Assembly (NCBI GenBank): GCA_037308085.1
Contig: CP147779.1
Coordinates: 1,088,001 to 1,152,000, forward strand
Source: Promethearchaeati archaeon SRVP18_Atabeyarchaeia-1
GTDB taxonomy: Archaea; Asgardarchaeota; Atabeyarchaeia; Atabeyarchaeales; Atabeyarchaeaceae
Direction: 5' to 3'
DNA length: 64,000 bases
Below, piece by piece: positions 1 to 8,459 of the stretch (position 1 is the first letter of the stretch; each line of letters starts with the position of its first letter). The notes beneath the pieces are model-generated. The model was given only the letters and a program-made list of their open reading frames with translations, was not told the origin of the DNA and searched no databases. A program made the translations under genes and the position numbers.

Positions 1-456
1 GTTGCACATATCGTATATCTTATCACCGTTCTCAGGGTACTTGTGCGGTACTTCATCCATGAATCCATAGCGGGAGTTGACGTCGGGTGATTCATGGTTT
101 CCCCTGAGGAGTATCACATTGTCCCTGAATTTTATCTTCAAAGCAAAAAGTGTCGTCAGAACCTCGATGGATGATGGCCCTCTGTCAACAAGATCGCCCA
201 GGAAGACAATGTAACATTTCTTCTGTGAACCTGTGTTGCTCCCGACAAAATGGGTGCGGGTGAGTATTTCATTCAAACTGTCAAGTTCCCCATGTATATC
301 CCCGACGAAAACCAGTCTTCCATGGCTTGGGAGTCTTATCAACTTGCCGTTAACAATGACCCCGTCGCTCAGTCTGCCCTGTTTTCTCTCCCCCGTGATG
401 ATCCGCGTAACTTTGAGTACCACCTCTTCAAACTCATGATCCGTGAGCATCGGCAT
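1..456 (-). CDS. PPP-family Ser/Thr protein phosphatase (calcineurin-like metallophosphoesterase), 3' end truncated by window edge; not in ORF track
   Basis: Manual translation gives MPMLTDHEFEEVV...VFVGDIHG...IVFLGDLVDRGPSS...LLRGNHESPDVNSRYGFMDE, i.e. all three PPP motifs. GGAGG lies upstream of the ATG at 456. Confidence 0.93.
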   Translation of the reverse strand, partial: MPMLTDHEFEEVVLKVTRIITGERKQGRLSDGVIVNGKLIRLPSHGRLVFVGDIHGELDSLNEILTRTHFVGSNTGSQKKCYIVFLGDLVDRGPSSIEVLTTLFALKIKFRDNVILLRGNHESPDVNSRYGFMDEVPHKYPENGDKIYDMCN

Positions 457-514
457 TTAGAGAGCCGCCTCCTGAGAATGTAAGTTGACTAAGCATCTGA
501 AGGGCTAGGGAGTC

Positions 515-1357
515 TCAAAGGCAGAATTCACAGATTCCCTGGCTGGTAACGCAATGGTTGCAGCCTTTCTTACCGCACTTCTTGCAGGTTACCGTCTTCG
601 CGCAGTTCCTGCAGTACACTTCCTCCTCAACCTCGCAGAAAACAGCGTCTTCCATACATACTTCTTTCCCGCAAACCTTGCAGCCAAAGACGTCTGAAAC
701 CCGATTACATATCTCGCATCTCGCTCTGCCAGGTGCTGGGTTCTCCTTAGCAAAGGATGACAACGACATAAGCTTCGCTGTTCCATTGACAAGTAGTCCG
801 ACAGCCTTGACTTTCCCATCTGCATTGAAGTTCGTCTTCATTTCATAGTCCTGGTTCTCATGCTTGACCGTCTGAAGGAGCTGTAATTCGCTGACGCCCA
901 AGTTGGGTTCAAGCTTGGGCGAAAGTAATGAAGTTGAGAAAAGGAACCACCTGCTTTTAGATCTCCAAGCTAGCAAGAGGTCATCTAGGTTAAGCGCTTC
1001 CACAAGCCATGCTTCCCTCTCAACCCTGCCCTGAGAGATTAGCAGTGGGTCATGTCTACTTTTGCACTCGACTCCCCACCGCTTGTTTCCTGAAAGAAGA
1101 AGATAATCAAACACGTCTCCGCGATCAATTACCTGTGTTTTGGCTAAATAGGGAGAGAGCTTCAGACACAGGAAACCCTGTTCATGCATCACTTTGGCGA
1201 ACTCTGACTCCCACTCGAAACCTACTAGGAAAGCCTTCGTGAACATAGTGAGGTCGTCCAAGTCCAGGACAATATTGGTGTCCTTGAAGTAGCGGACCAA
1301 CCGATAAAGCAAGTCAAGGAATAGGTACTCTTCGTCTCTGGGAATTCTGAAAACCAC
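515..1357 (-). CDS. Hjc-like PD-(D/E)xK nuclease fused to a C-terminal Cys-rich multi-zinc-finger
   Basis: GFEWESEFAKVMHEQGF...FDY...VECKS matches the Hjc pattern. The C-terminus has 14 Cys, mostly as CxxC pairs. Confidence 0.7.
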   Translation of the reverse strand: MVFRIPRDEEYLFLDLLYRLVRYFKDTNIVLDLDDLTMFTKAFLVGFEWESEFAKVMHEQGFLCLKLSPYLAKTQVIDRGDVFDYLLLSGNKRWGVECKSRHDPLLISQGRVEREAWLVEALNLDDLLLAWRSKSRWFLFSTSLLSPKLEPNLGVSELQLLQTVKHENQDYEMKTNFNADGKVKAVGLLVNGTAKLMSLSSFAKENPAPGRARCEICNRVSDVFGCKVCGKEVCMEDAVFCEVEEEVYCRNCAKTVTCKKCGKKGCNHCVTSQGICEFCL

Positions 1358-1432
1358 GCTATCAGTCCCCGCATCGCAACGAGATGGTTAATTCTCACCC
1401 TATTAGAAGAGGTAACAAGTTTTAAAATTAGC

Positions 1433-1451
1433 GTTCTTGCATCTCAAGAAC
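1433..1451. promoter_or_regulatory. Inverted repeat GTTCTTG-N5-CAAGAAC just downstream of a TTTAAAA box; candidate operator in the divergent promoter
   Basis: Perfect 7-bp arms; TATA-like sequence at 1421-1427. Confidence 0.4.
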
Positions 1452-1603
1452 CGCAAAGATATACCGTTCAATGGACAGAGTGAGATCCCCTAACGCTAGT
1501 TCCGTCCTAAGCGATGCTCACGTGGCGGGAAACAGACTTATTAGTTCCAAGGTGAGACTTAATCTCACTAATTCAGATCGCTTTCTAGAAAGGTAGATGG
1601 ATC

Positions 1604-4600
1604 TTGGCTGAAAAACCAGCGTTGATTCAACTGGTGAAGGCAAGCGCTGGTCTAGGTGACCAGGCAGCGCTCGCTTACAAGTATATTCTCATTGTCGGTT
1701 CGTTGACCATAGGTGAGGTCTGCGAGTACACTGGCTACAGCTATGAAGTTGCCTCAAAGGCCCTAGACGAACTCTCGGACAAGAAGCTGGTTAGAAAACT
1801 GACGCAGGTAGTCGACCGATATGTTGCAGTTGCGCCTTACAGAGCATTCGCTGAGCTTCTTGTAGAGTTTCAGAGGGCAATGAAGGAGCTTGAAGAGAAC
1901 GCCACGAAGTCGGTAGATCTAGCGCTTGACAATGTGTCGAAAACCAACGAGCAGTGGAAAGCAAGTGCAATTAAACTAAGAGAAGAGCAAGTCAGTCGAG
2001 CGAAGCAGTCCATACGGTCGCTAAAGGAGGAAGCGACCAGTGCTCGCCAGAGCTTGGTTGAGAAACTGAGACGCGACACTGAGGCGAAGAAGTCAAGCCT
2101 GGTCGACATGCTGAAGAAGCATGTTGATGAACATTCAGCAAGAATCTCAGATGTCGAGAAAGACATCACTCTCAAGGTCGACAACTCAGTGATAAAGTTC
2201 GCGGAAACATCTTCAAAGCTCAAGGAGCAGGTCTCCCAGACAACCACAAGCTATCTCGGTGAATTCGATCGGAAACTGGGCTCCTTTCTCGGGGGAGTAG
2301 ATGCTAGTCTCAGTTCATTCTGGTCAGAGTTCTCCTCCTATGTTGAAGGCTTCCAGGGGCAGACTTCTGCGTTCATCGACGACTCCACCAAAAGGATAAG
2401 AGAACTTGGCGACGCCGTCAAGACCAAGACCAAAGATCTTATCCATGAAGTTGAGCAGGGGTACGCTCAACTTTCAACCCGCCTTCAGGGAACCGTATCG
2501 GGCAATGTCAACTCCACAATAGAGGAAATCTCCGGTACCAATAGGAATCTTGAACTAAACCTCACTGAAGCAACAAGGATATTCGGCGAAAAGCTCAACA
2601 ACGCTATAACCGATTTTCAGGAGAAAACGCGGGAAACCATAGAAGGATGGGGATCTGCTGCCAAGGAAGAGATGCAGAGTAGAGCCGACTCCCTTAAGGA
2701 TGAAATCAAAAACCACACGGACAATCTGACTCAGAAATTCGAGTTAGCCAAGAATCTGCTCTCAGAACTCATGAAATCTCATTATTCAAGTGCAGAATCT
2801 GCTTCAAACGATCTCAGATCAAACCTAGACCTGCTTACCGAATCACTTAAGAGTGATCTGGTCTCCGAAACTGGTTCCTCAAGTGGCGAACTCAAAGAAT
2901 CTTGCGAGGCAACAGCCAAAGAATGCAGCTCGCTGGTTGCCACCTTGGAGAACTTGTCAAAGAAGAACATACCACTCGCCTCTACGACGATAAAAGGTTT
3001 CACTTCTGACGTGAACAACAAGTTATCAAAGATGACGACGAGTCTCTTAACCAGCGCCAAATCCTTCGCTTCCGAAATAAAGGAGAAGATGGTTGAGGCA
3101 ATGGAGGTATTCTTAACAGCTCTGCCTCGGGGAGCTCCCGCGGAATCCGGCAAGAAAGGGGATGAGGTGCCGATCAGAGGGAGCGCTGTGAAGAAAGATG
3201 TGGGCAAGAAAATAGACGAAGCTGTGAGCGACTACGTTGACGGGATAAAGAACAACATCGACAGCTTAGACAAATATGCTTCTGATAGAATATCCGCGGT
3301 CATGGGATTCGAGAGGGAGTTGGAGAAGAAGTGGGTTTCCATCAGAGACACATTGGGGAAGGTCACCGAGCTGGCGCAGGAAATAGGGTCCTTCCCACAG
3401 GGAACCAGCAAGATCATGAGCGATCTGATTGACCAATACGTCAGGAAGGCAGACAGCACTCTGATCTCAACAAAGAGACTGTTGAACACTCACTCGACCA
3501 CACTTGGGGATGCTATGAGCAACACGACAAAGAAGTGGAACAGCATAACAGAAAAGGCCAAGAAAGAGATGACTGACCTGTCCAGCAAGAGGGGAGAAGA
3601 GCTAATCCAGATTCTCTCAAAGCAGATCAGCACTATTGACAAGTTCACTTCTGAGCGAACCAAAGCGCTCGCAGGCTTGGTTGCACAGAAGACGGAGGCA
3701 ATGAGATCAGAGAGTATTGCATCGCAAGAAAGCACATCAAGACACATAGGGACAAACCTGGAAAGCGTCAGAGGAGCACTCGCTGATGCCGAAGGCCAGC
3801 TAGATAGCGCGCTACAGGCTAATCTTGAAGCATTCAAGACGGAAACGGACATGAGATCCAAGGAGACCGACAAGCTATTGGAGGATTGGGACAGAAGCAC
3901 TGGTGAAGCGACGGCAACCCTGAAAGTGCAGCTCGCCACGTTGGTTGATGGAGGAAAGCAACAAGCAAAGCACGTCTGCGAAAGCGCAAGTTCGCAGCTA
4001 AGGGAAACCTTTTCTGAGCAGGGCAAGGCACTCCATGAGATTGTGACATCAGCCTCAAGTTCATTCGGCGAGATCACTGACATAGCAAGCAAGAGCTTCA
4101 GGGAAGAAGGTGAATCGATCAAAGAAGGAACAACAGCAGTTCTATCAAGGCACCTAGCGGATTATACTGAATCGGTGAATAAGGCCATTGCCGAGATAGA
4201 CACGGCATTTGCAGAGCACTTCGAAGACTGCAGCAGGCTAACAGAGAACCTTGGCCAGAAGCTGGACGAACTGCTGACCACACACCAAGACGCGTACGAG
4301 AGATCCTCAACACTGATGGTTGAAGGACTAGTAAGCTGTCTAGACCAAGACGAGGCCGCAATCGATAACATATCAAGAAGGATGTTGAAGGAATTCACTG
4401 AAGACACCACGAAAACAACCAAGGTAGCCGGCTCAGTCGAGAACCTAATGAGAACAGCCTGGGCGGAAATAATTGACACACAACAGATAAATGCTGACAA
4501 GACCTGGCACTGCGTGACAAAGCAGGCAATACTTCACCACATAAAGGATATGGCGAAGAGAACCAAGTCAACCGTAACAATAGTCGTGCCCAAACTAGAA

Positions 4601-4927
4601 GAAGCCCCACTGAAAGAGGTCAAGGAAATAAGTAAGGCAATAAGAATTAACATAATTGCGGGTATAGACGAACTTCAACAAAAGACACTGATCAAAGAGC
4701 TCTTAGCGCAAGGCAACGTGAGACTCTGGAATCGAACTGAAAAAGATTACATGAGTTGCACCAGAGACGCTGAGGAAGTAATCATTGCACCCGTTGTAGG
4801 GAAAGATATGGACTGCGTTGCATTGGTAAGTGTGGAAGAAGGATTCATCAAGCTAATTATGAAGATCGTTGGTCCCATGTGGTTGGCTTCTTCAAAAATG
4901 GTGAGTCTTGCTTCGTTGAAGCCGTAG
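1604..4927 (+). CDS. Giant TrmB-type protein: N-terminal winged HTH, ~900 aa helical/coiled-coil region, C-terminal TrmB/PLD-like domain
   Basis: N-term LTIGEVCEYTGYSYEVASKALDELSDKKLV...RYVAVAP; long heptad-rich helical middle; C-term HIKDMAKRTKSTVTIVVP...RDAEEVIIAP. TTG start. Confidence 0.8.
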   Translation: MAEKPALIQLVKASAGLGDQAALAYKYILIVGSLTIGEVCEYTGYSYEVASKALDELSDKKLVRKLTQVVDRYVAVAPYRAFAELLVEFQRAMKELEENATKSVDLALDNVSKTNEQWKASAIKLREEQVSRAKQSIRSLKEEATSARQSLVEKLRRDTEAKKSSLVDMLKKHVDEHSARISDVEKDITLKVDNSVIKFAETSSKLKEQVSQTTTSYLGEFDRKLGSFLGGVDASLSSFWSEFSSYVEGFQGQTSAFIDDSTKRIRELGDAVKTKTKDLIHEVEQGYAQLSTRLQGTVSGNVNSTIEEISGTNRNLELNLTEATRIFGEKLNNAITDFQEKTRETIEGWGSAAKEEMQSRADSLKDEIKNHTDNLTQKFELAKNLLSELMKSHYSSAESASNDLRSNLDLLTESLKSDLVSETGSSSGELKESCEATAKECSSLVATLENLSKKNIPLASTTIKGFTSDVNNKLSKMTTSLLTSAKSFASEIKEKMVEAMEVFLTALPRGAPAESGKKGDEVPIRGSAVKKDVGKKIDEAVSDYVDGIKNNIDSLDKYASDRISAVMGFERELEKKWVSIRDTLGKVTELAQEIGSFPQGTSKIMSDLIDQYVRKADSTLISTKRLLNTHSTTLGDAMSNTTKKWNSITEKAKKEMTDLSSKRGEELIQILSKQISTIDKFTSERTKALAGLVAQKTEAMRSESIASQESTSRHIGTNLESVRGALADAEGQLDSALQANLEAFKTETDMRSKETDKLLEDWDRSTGEATATLKVQLATLVDGGKQQAKHVCESASSQLRETFSEQGKALHEIVTSASSSFGEITDIASKSFREEGESIKEGTTAVLSRHLADYTESVNKAIAEIDTAFAEHFEDCSRLTENLGQKLDELLTTHQDAYERSSTLMVEGLVSCLDQDEAAIDNISRRMLKEFTEDTTKTTKVAGSVENLMRTAWAEIIDTQQINADKTWHCVTKQAILHHIKDMAKRTKSTVTIVVPKLEEAPLKEVKEISKAIRINIIAGIDELQQKTLIKELLAQGNVRLWNRTEKDYMSCTRDAEEVIIAPVVGKDMDCVALVSVEEGFIKLIMKIVGPMWLASSKMVSLASLKP

Positions 4928-4977
4928 AGAAGAAATACCCATTGCTTCGGGTTCTCCACAAGGAAGGTCTCACTGTT

Positions 4978-5367
4978 GGCGACGCTATCACTTCTTTGGT
5001 GCTATTGCCTTTGTGGTTGTTGGTCGAACCTGCTACCTTCAGATTGGCGGGGAAGGCTGCGAAGAACGGTTGATAACAGATAGGTCGTCCTTTAGTCCTT
5101 CCCATATACAGCACCATTCAAGACAAGGTTGTCCATCTAGGGTCGTCGAAAATCGGTCGGTAATCAATCTATGTGATTCTATCCAATTGTCATTTCATCA
5201 GGTTCGTGTTGCTAAACACTCTCATCAGAAGATGAACATATGAAGAAGGGGTATGGGGGGACAGAATGATCGTCGATACTCTTAGCACATGATTCAATGG
5301 AATTTGATTACTGCTCGTAAGACATGAGCGCTTGGCAGTTCCAGTGCCTGTATAATTGAATAATGTG
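4978..5367 (+). ncRNA. Candidate structured RNA (three tandem helical domains) or long structured 3' UTR
   Basis: Helices 4978-4989/5079-5089, 5095-5107/5251-5262 and 5286-5298/5355-5367 with nested stems. G-U pairs favour the + strand. Confidence 0.5.
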
Positions 5368-5465
5368 GAGTTTTATTAGCAGACGATGGAGGAAATACCA
5401 TAGGATTTATCTCTTTGAAGGCAGTAAGAAAAGGAGAGAGGAAAGCCTTGGGGTGAGTCGACGGA

Positions 5466-6680
5466 ATGTCAGACACAGATTATGAATTGGAGTTATTGTC
5501 AAAACTTGTAGCTTTGGACACTGATTCGGATGAGAAAAGGAATTATGAGGAATGTTGTAGAGTCATATCCGGCGAAGCCAGTCGCATCGGACTGGACGCC
5601 CGAATACTCGATGGCAAAGTGGTTCTGAAGGGCGATGAGAGGCCAAGGCCAAATGTCGTCGTGGATCTGAATAAGAACTCGGACACGACGCTCGTGCTTG
5701 TGACCCACTACGACATAGTTCCTCCCGGAGGAGAATGGACTCATGAACCGTTCAAGGTTACCGTAGAAGGCGATAAGGCATACGGAAGGGGCACATCAGA
5801 TGACAAGGGTGCAATAGTCGCGTGCTTCGGGGCGCTTGCTAGGCTCAAAGAAGATGCTTCTGCTGACATCAACGTGAAGCTATTAGTGACTTGCGATGAA
5901 GAAGGCGGTGGAGAGGCCGGCATAGAGTACCTCATGGATAATGTCAAGATCAAGGGAGATGCAGCTCTAGTAATAGACAGTGGGCCTGAATTCGTGAGTT
6001 GTGGAGCCAGTGGGGTCATCTGGGGGAAAGTGAAGGTAAGAGGAAAACAAGGGCACGCTGGATATCCGCATAAAGCAGTAAATGCAATTGATGAAGCAAT
6101 CAAGATCATATCTTCGCTTCAAGAATACAGGAAGAAGCTGAGTTCAAGAAAGTCGAAACTTGCTCCACCACCGGGTAGCCCTGAGAAGAGAATTTGGAGA
6201 CGGTTGTCGGTAACCATGATGCATGCTGGTGAGAAGGAGAACATAATCCCCGGGGAATGCGAAATTCGATTTGATCTGCGTGCATTACCAGATGAGGACA
6301 TAGATGAGCTGAAGAGCGCTACGCGAGACTTCGTGACCAACGAAGCAAGGAGGAAAGGCGTGGACGCGAGCCTCGAGATCATACATGTTCTACCTGGTTA
6401 CTACACTGATCCCGGACACCCTCTGGTAAGGTCGCTGGGAGAGGCAGCCAAGAAAGTCTCGGGTGTGGAGCTGCCTGTATGCGCAGACTTGGGTGGGAAC
6501 GATGGAAGCTTCGTCGCAAAGGTTCAGATTCCAGTTGCATGCTTTGGGCCCCTTAGAGAAGGGACAAACTATCATGGCATTGACGAATTCGTCCATCTCA
6601 AAGATATAACATTTGTTCGCGATGTAATCATTAACATGTGTCAAGATGGCAGAAAGAAACTGAAGCAGCAAGTGGAATAG
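5466..6680 (+). CDS. M20 metallopeptidase (ArgE/DapE family)
   Basis: Motifs THYDIVP, GRGTSDDKG, DEE, GKQGHAG and C-terminal HGIDE. Confidence 0.92.
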   Translation: MSDTDYELELLSKLVALDTDSDEKRNYEECCRVISGEASRIGLDARILDGKVVLKGDERPRPNVVVDLNKNSDTTLVLVTHYDIVPPGGEWTHEPFKVTVEGDKAYGRGTSDDKGAIVACFGALARLKEDASADINVKLLVTCDEEGGGEAGIEYLMDNVKIKGDAALVIDSGPEFVSCGASGVIWGKVKVRGKQGHAGYPHKAVNAIDEAIKIISSLQEYRKKLSSRKSKLAPPPGSPEKRIWRRLSVTMMHAGEKENIIPGECEIRFDLRALPDEDIDELKSATRDFVTNEARRKGVDASLEIIHVLPGYYTDPGHPLVRSLGEAAKKVSGVELPVCADLGGNDGSFVAKVQIPVACFGPLREGTNYHGIDEFVHLKDITFVRDVIINMCQDGRKKLKQQVE

Positions 6681-6710
6681 TTGCACTTTTGACCAGCGAC
6701 TATTCCCTTT

Positions 6711-7562
6711 TCACCTTGAGACACCGCGCCATTCCCTCAGGGCTTTCTCGTATCCTTCGGGTGTGCCTGTGTCAAACCATTGCCCTGAAAACAGATAGCC
6801 GTATAGCTCGCCTTTCTCAGCTATCTTGGGGAAGACGTCCTTCTCTATGAAGGATGGACCGCTTGGGGGGACAAGATCTATGATCTTAGGTTGCAGAATA
6901 TAGAGACCCGTGTTTATTAGATTTGAGGGGGCATCTTCTCTGCGCGGTTTCTCAACGAACCTGACTATCTTGTTTCCTTCAAGGACAGCTACGCCGTAAC
7001 TTGAAGGATCGTCGACGGTTGTCAATGCGATAGTAGCAGTAGCTCTGTTCTCGACATGAAACTGGTACATTTTGTACAAGTCGATATTCAGCAAGTTGTC
7101 CCCGTTGACCATTATAAACGTGTCCTTCAGCAAGCTCTTGGCAAGTCTAAGCGGTCCACCCGTTCCCAGTTCGTCTTGCTCCTCGGCAAAGGTTATTTTA
7201 ACACCCAGTCTTTTCCCGTCGCGGAAATACTCCTTTATCTTCTCTCCCAAGTATCCGATGCTTATGATTATGTCGCGGACATCGTATGTTCGTAGCAGAT
7301 CGATGACGTGTTCCAAAATGGGCTTATTCTGAAGCGGAACTAATGGCTTAGGAATCTCATAAGTGATTGGGCGCAAACGTGTTCCCTTGCCTCCAGCCAA
7401 TATAAAGGCCTTGGGAGACATCTTCTCGAGCAGCGCCCCGAAAAGCAGTGATTCCACAGCTTGTGAGAGATTCCTCACCTTAACTCCATCAACCATTGAG
7501 CTGATCTTTCTCAGTATTTCGCTGTCGATGGTCATTGAAACCTTCTTCTTCCGTCTCTCCAT
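6711..7562 (-). CDS. Sugar-phosphate nucleotidyltransferase with N-terminal ribbon-helix-helix domain
   Basis: ILAGGKGTRLRPIT..PKPL, LGTGG, NGD, FVEKP, WFDTG. N-term KKVSMTIDSEILRKI...NLSQAVESLL is RHH-like. Start reset to ATG 7562. Confidence 0.88.
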   Translation of the reverse strand: MERRKKKVSMTIDSEILRKISSMVDGVKVRNLSQAVESLLFGALLEKMSPKAFILAGGKGTRLRPITYEIPKPLVPLQNKPILEHVIDLLRTYDVRDIIISIGYLGEKIKEYFRDGKRLGVKITFAEEQDELGTGGPLRLAKSLLKDTFIMVNGDNLLNIDLYKMYQFHVENRATATIALTTVDDPSSYGVAVLEGNKIVRFVEKPRREDAPSNLINTGLYILQPKIIDLVPPSGPSFIEKDVFPKIAEKGELYGYLFSGQWFDTGTPEGYEKALREWRGVSR

Positions 7563-7781
7563 GCTATTACCTTCCAGAATGATATTAGACGGGCAGTTAC
7601 GTGTGATGTTTCCTGCTTGCCTAGCACTGAGAGCTCTTTGAACAGGGCTCAATCACTTGGAACTAAGAGACAAGAGCTACATCAGTGTAGAACAAGAGAT
7701 GCAGTACTGAAGTAAAGGAATATAAGGTTTTTACCCTCGCTAACCTATACTAGGCAGATAGAACTTCAAAAGGCAATAAGC

Positions 7782-8081
7782 ATGGCAATGCGGTCCCTGG
7801 GTTCGCTGCTATCCGCCATAGGGTTTCTCATACTTCTCATCGGCATAATACTAACCATAATAGGATTGGCCTTATCAATAGTTAAGAGAAGCTCCAGGGG
7901 AAAGAAAACTGAGGGTCAGGACGAACGCGAGAGGGGCAGAACGCGAGGCGGAGGAGTCGTAATGATTGGCCCGATTCCAATAATATTCGGGACGGACAGG
8001 AAAATCGTTTTGATTGCAGTCGCCGTTGCCATAGTCTTTATGGTCATATACATAGTGTCTATGCTGCTCGTAACCTCCTAG
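7782..8081 (+). CDS. DUF131 / TIGR00304-type membrane protein
   Basis: Two TM segments flanking GGGVVMIGPIPIIFGTD. Confidence 0.85.
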   Translation: MAMRSLGSLLSAIGFLILLIGIILTIIGLALSIVKRSSRGKKTEGQDERERGRTRGGGVVMIGPIPIIFGTDRKIVLIAVAVAIVFMVIYIVSMLLVTS

Positions 8082-8094
8082 GGGAGGAAGGCAA

Positions 8095-8391
8095 GTGAGA
8101 AAACTCGGAGAATCTCTTGCGAATCTGGAAATAATGATCTCAGTGATAGGCGCGATAATCTTTTCTGCAGGTCTAACCATCAACTCTCTTCAGGGAGGAG
8201 CCGGTGCAACCATCTCGTTTGGAGGAGTCGTGCTGATAGGGCCGTTCCCCCTAGTATTTGGGACTGACAGGACAGCTCTCGATAGGAACAATCGGCGCCA
8301 TAATCCTGATGGGTTTTTCATTAATCATGCTCCATGCCCGAGTGAGGGGCGCTACTCGCCAAGCAGCGGGCGCAGCAAGCTACGGCGCTAG
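8095..8391 (+). pseudogene. Second DUF131 paralogue with an apparent frameshift near 8275-8281
   Basis: FGGVVLIGPFPLVFGTDRTAL runs into hydrophilic sequence, while the expected TM helix IGTIGAIILMGFSLIML lies in the next frame. Confidence 0.6.
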
Positions 8392-8459
8392 TGCGTATCA
8401 TAGAGGGCGCTGCGGACAAAAAGGTGGTCTACTGCGACCAGCTTGTCCCTGCATCGTCA

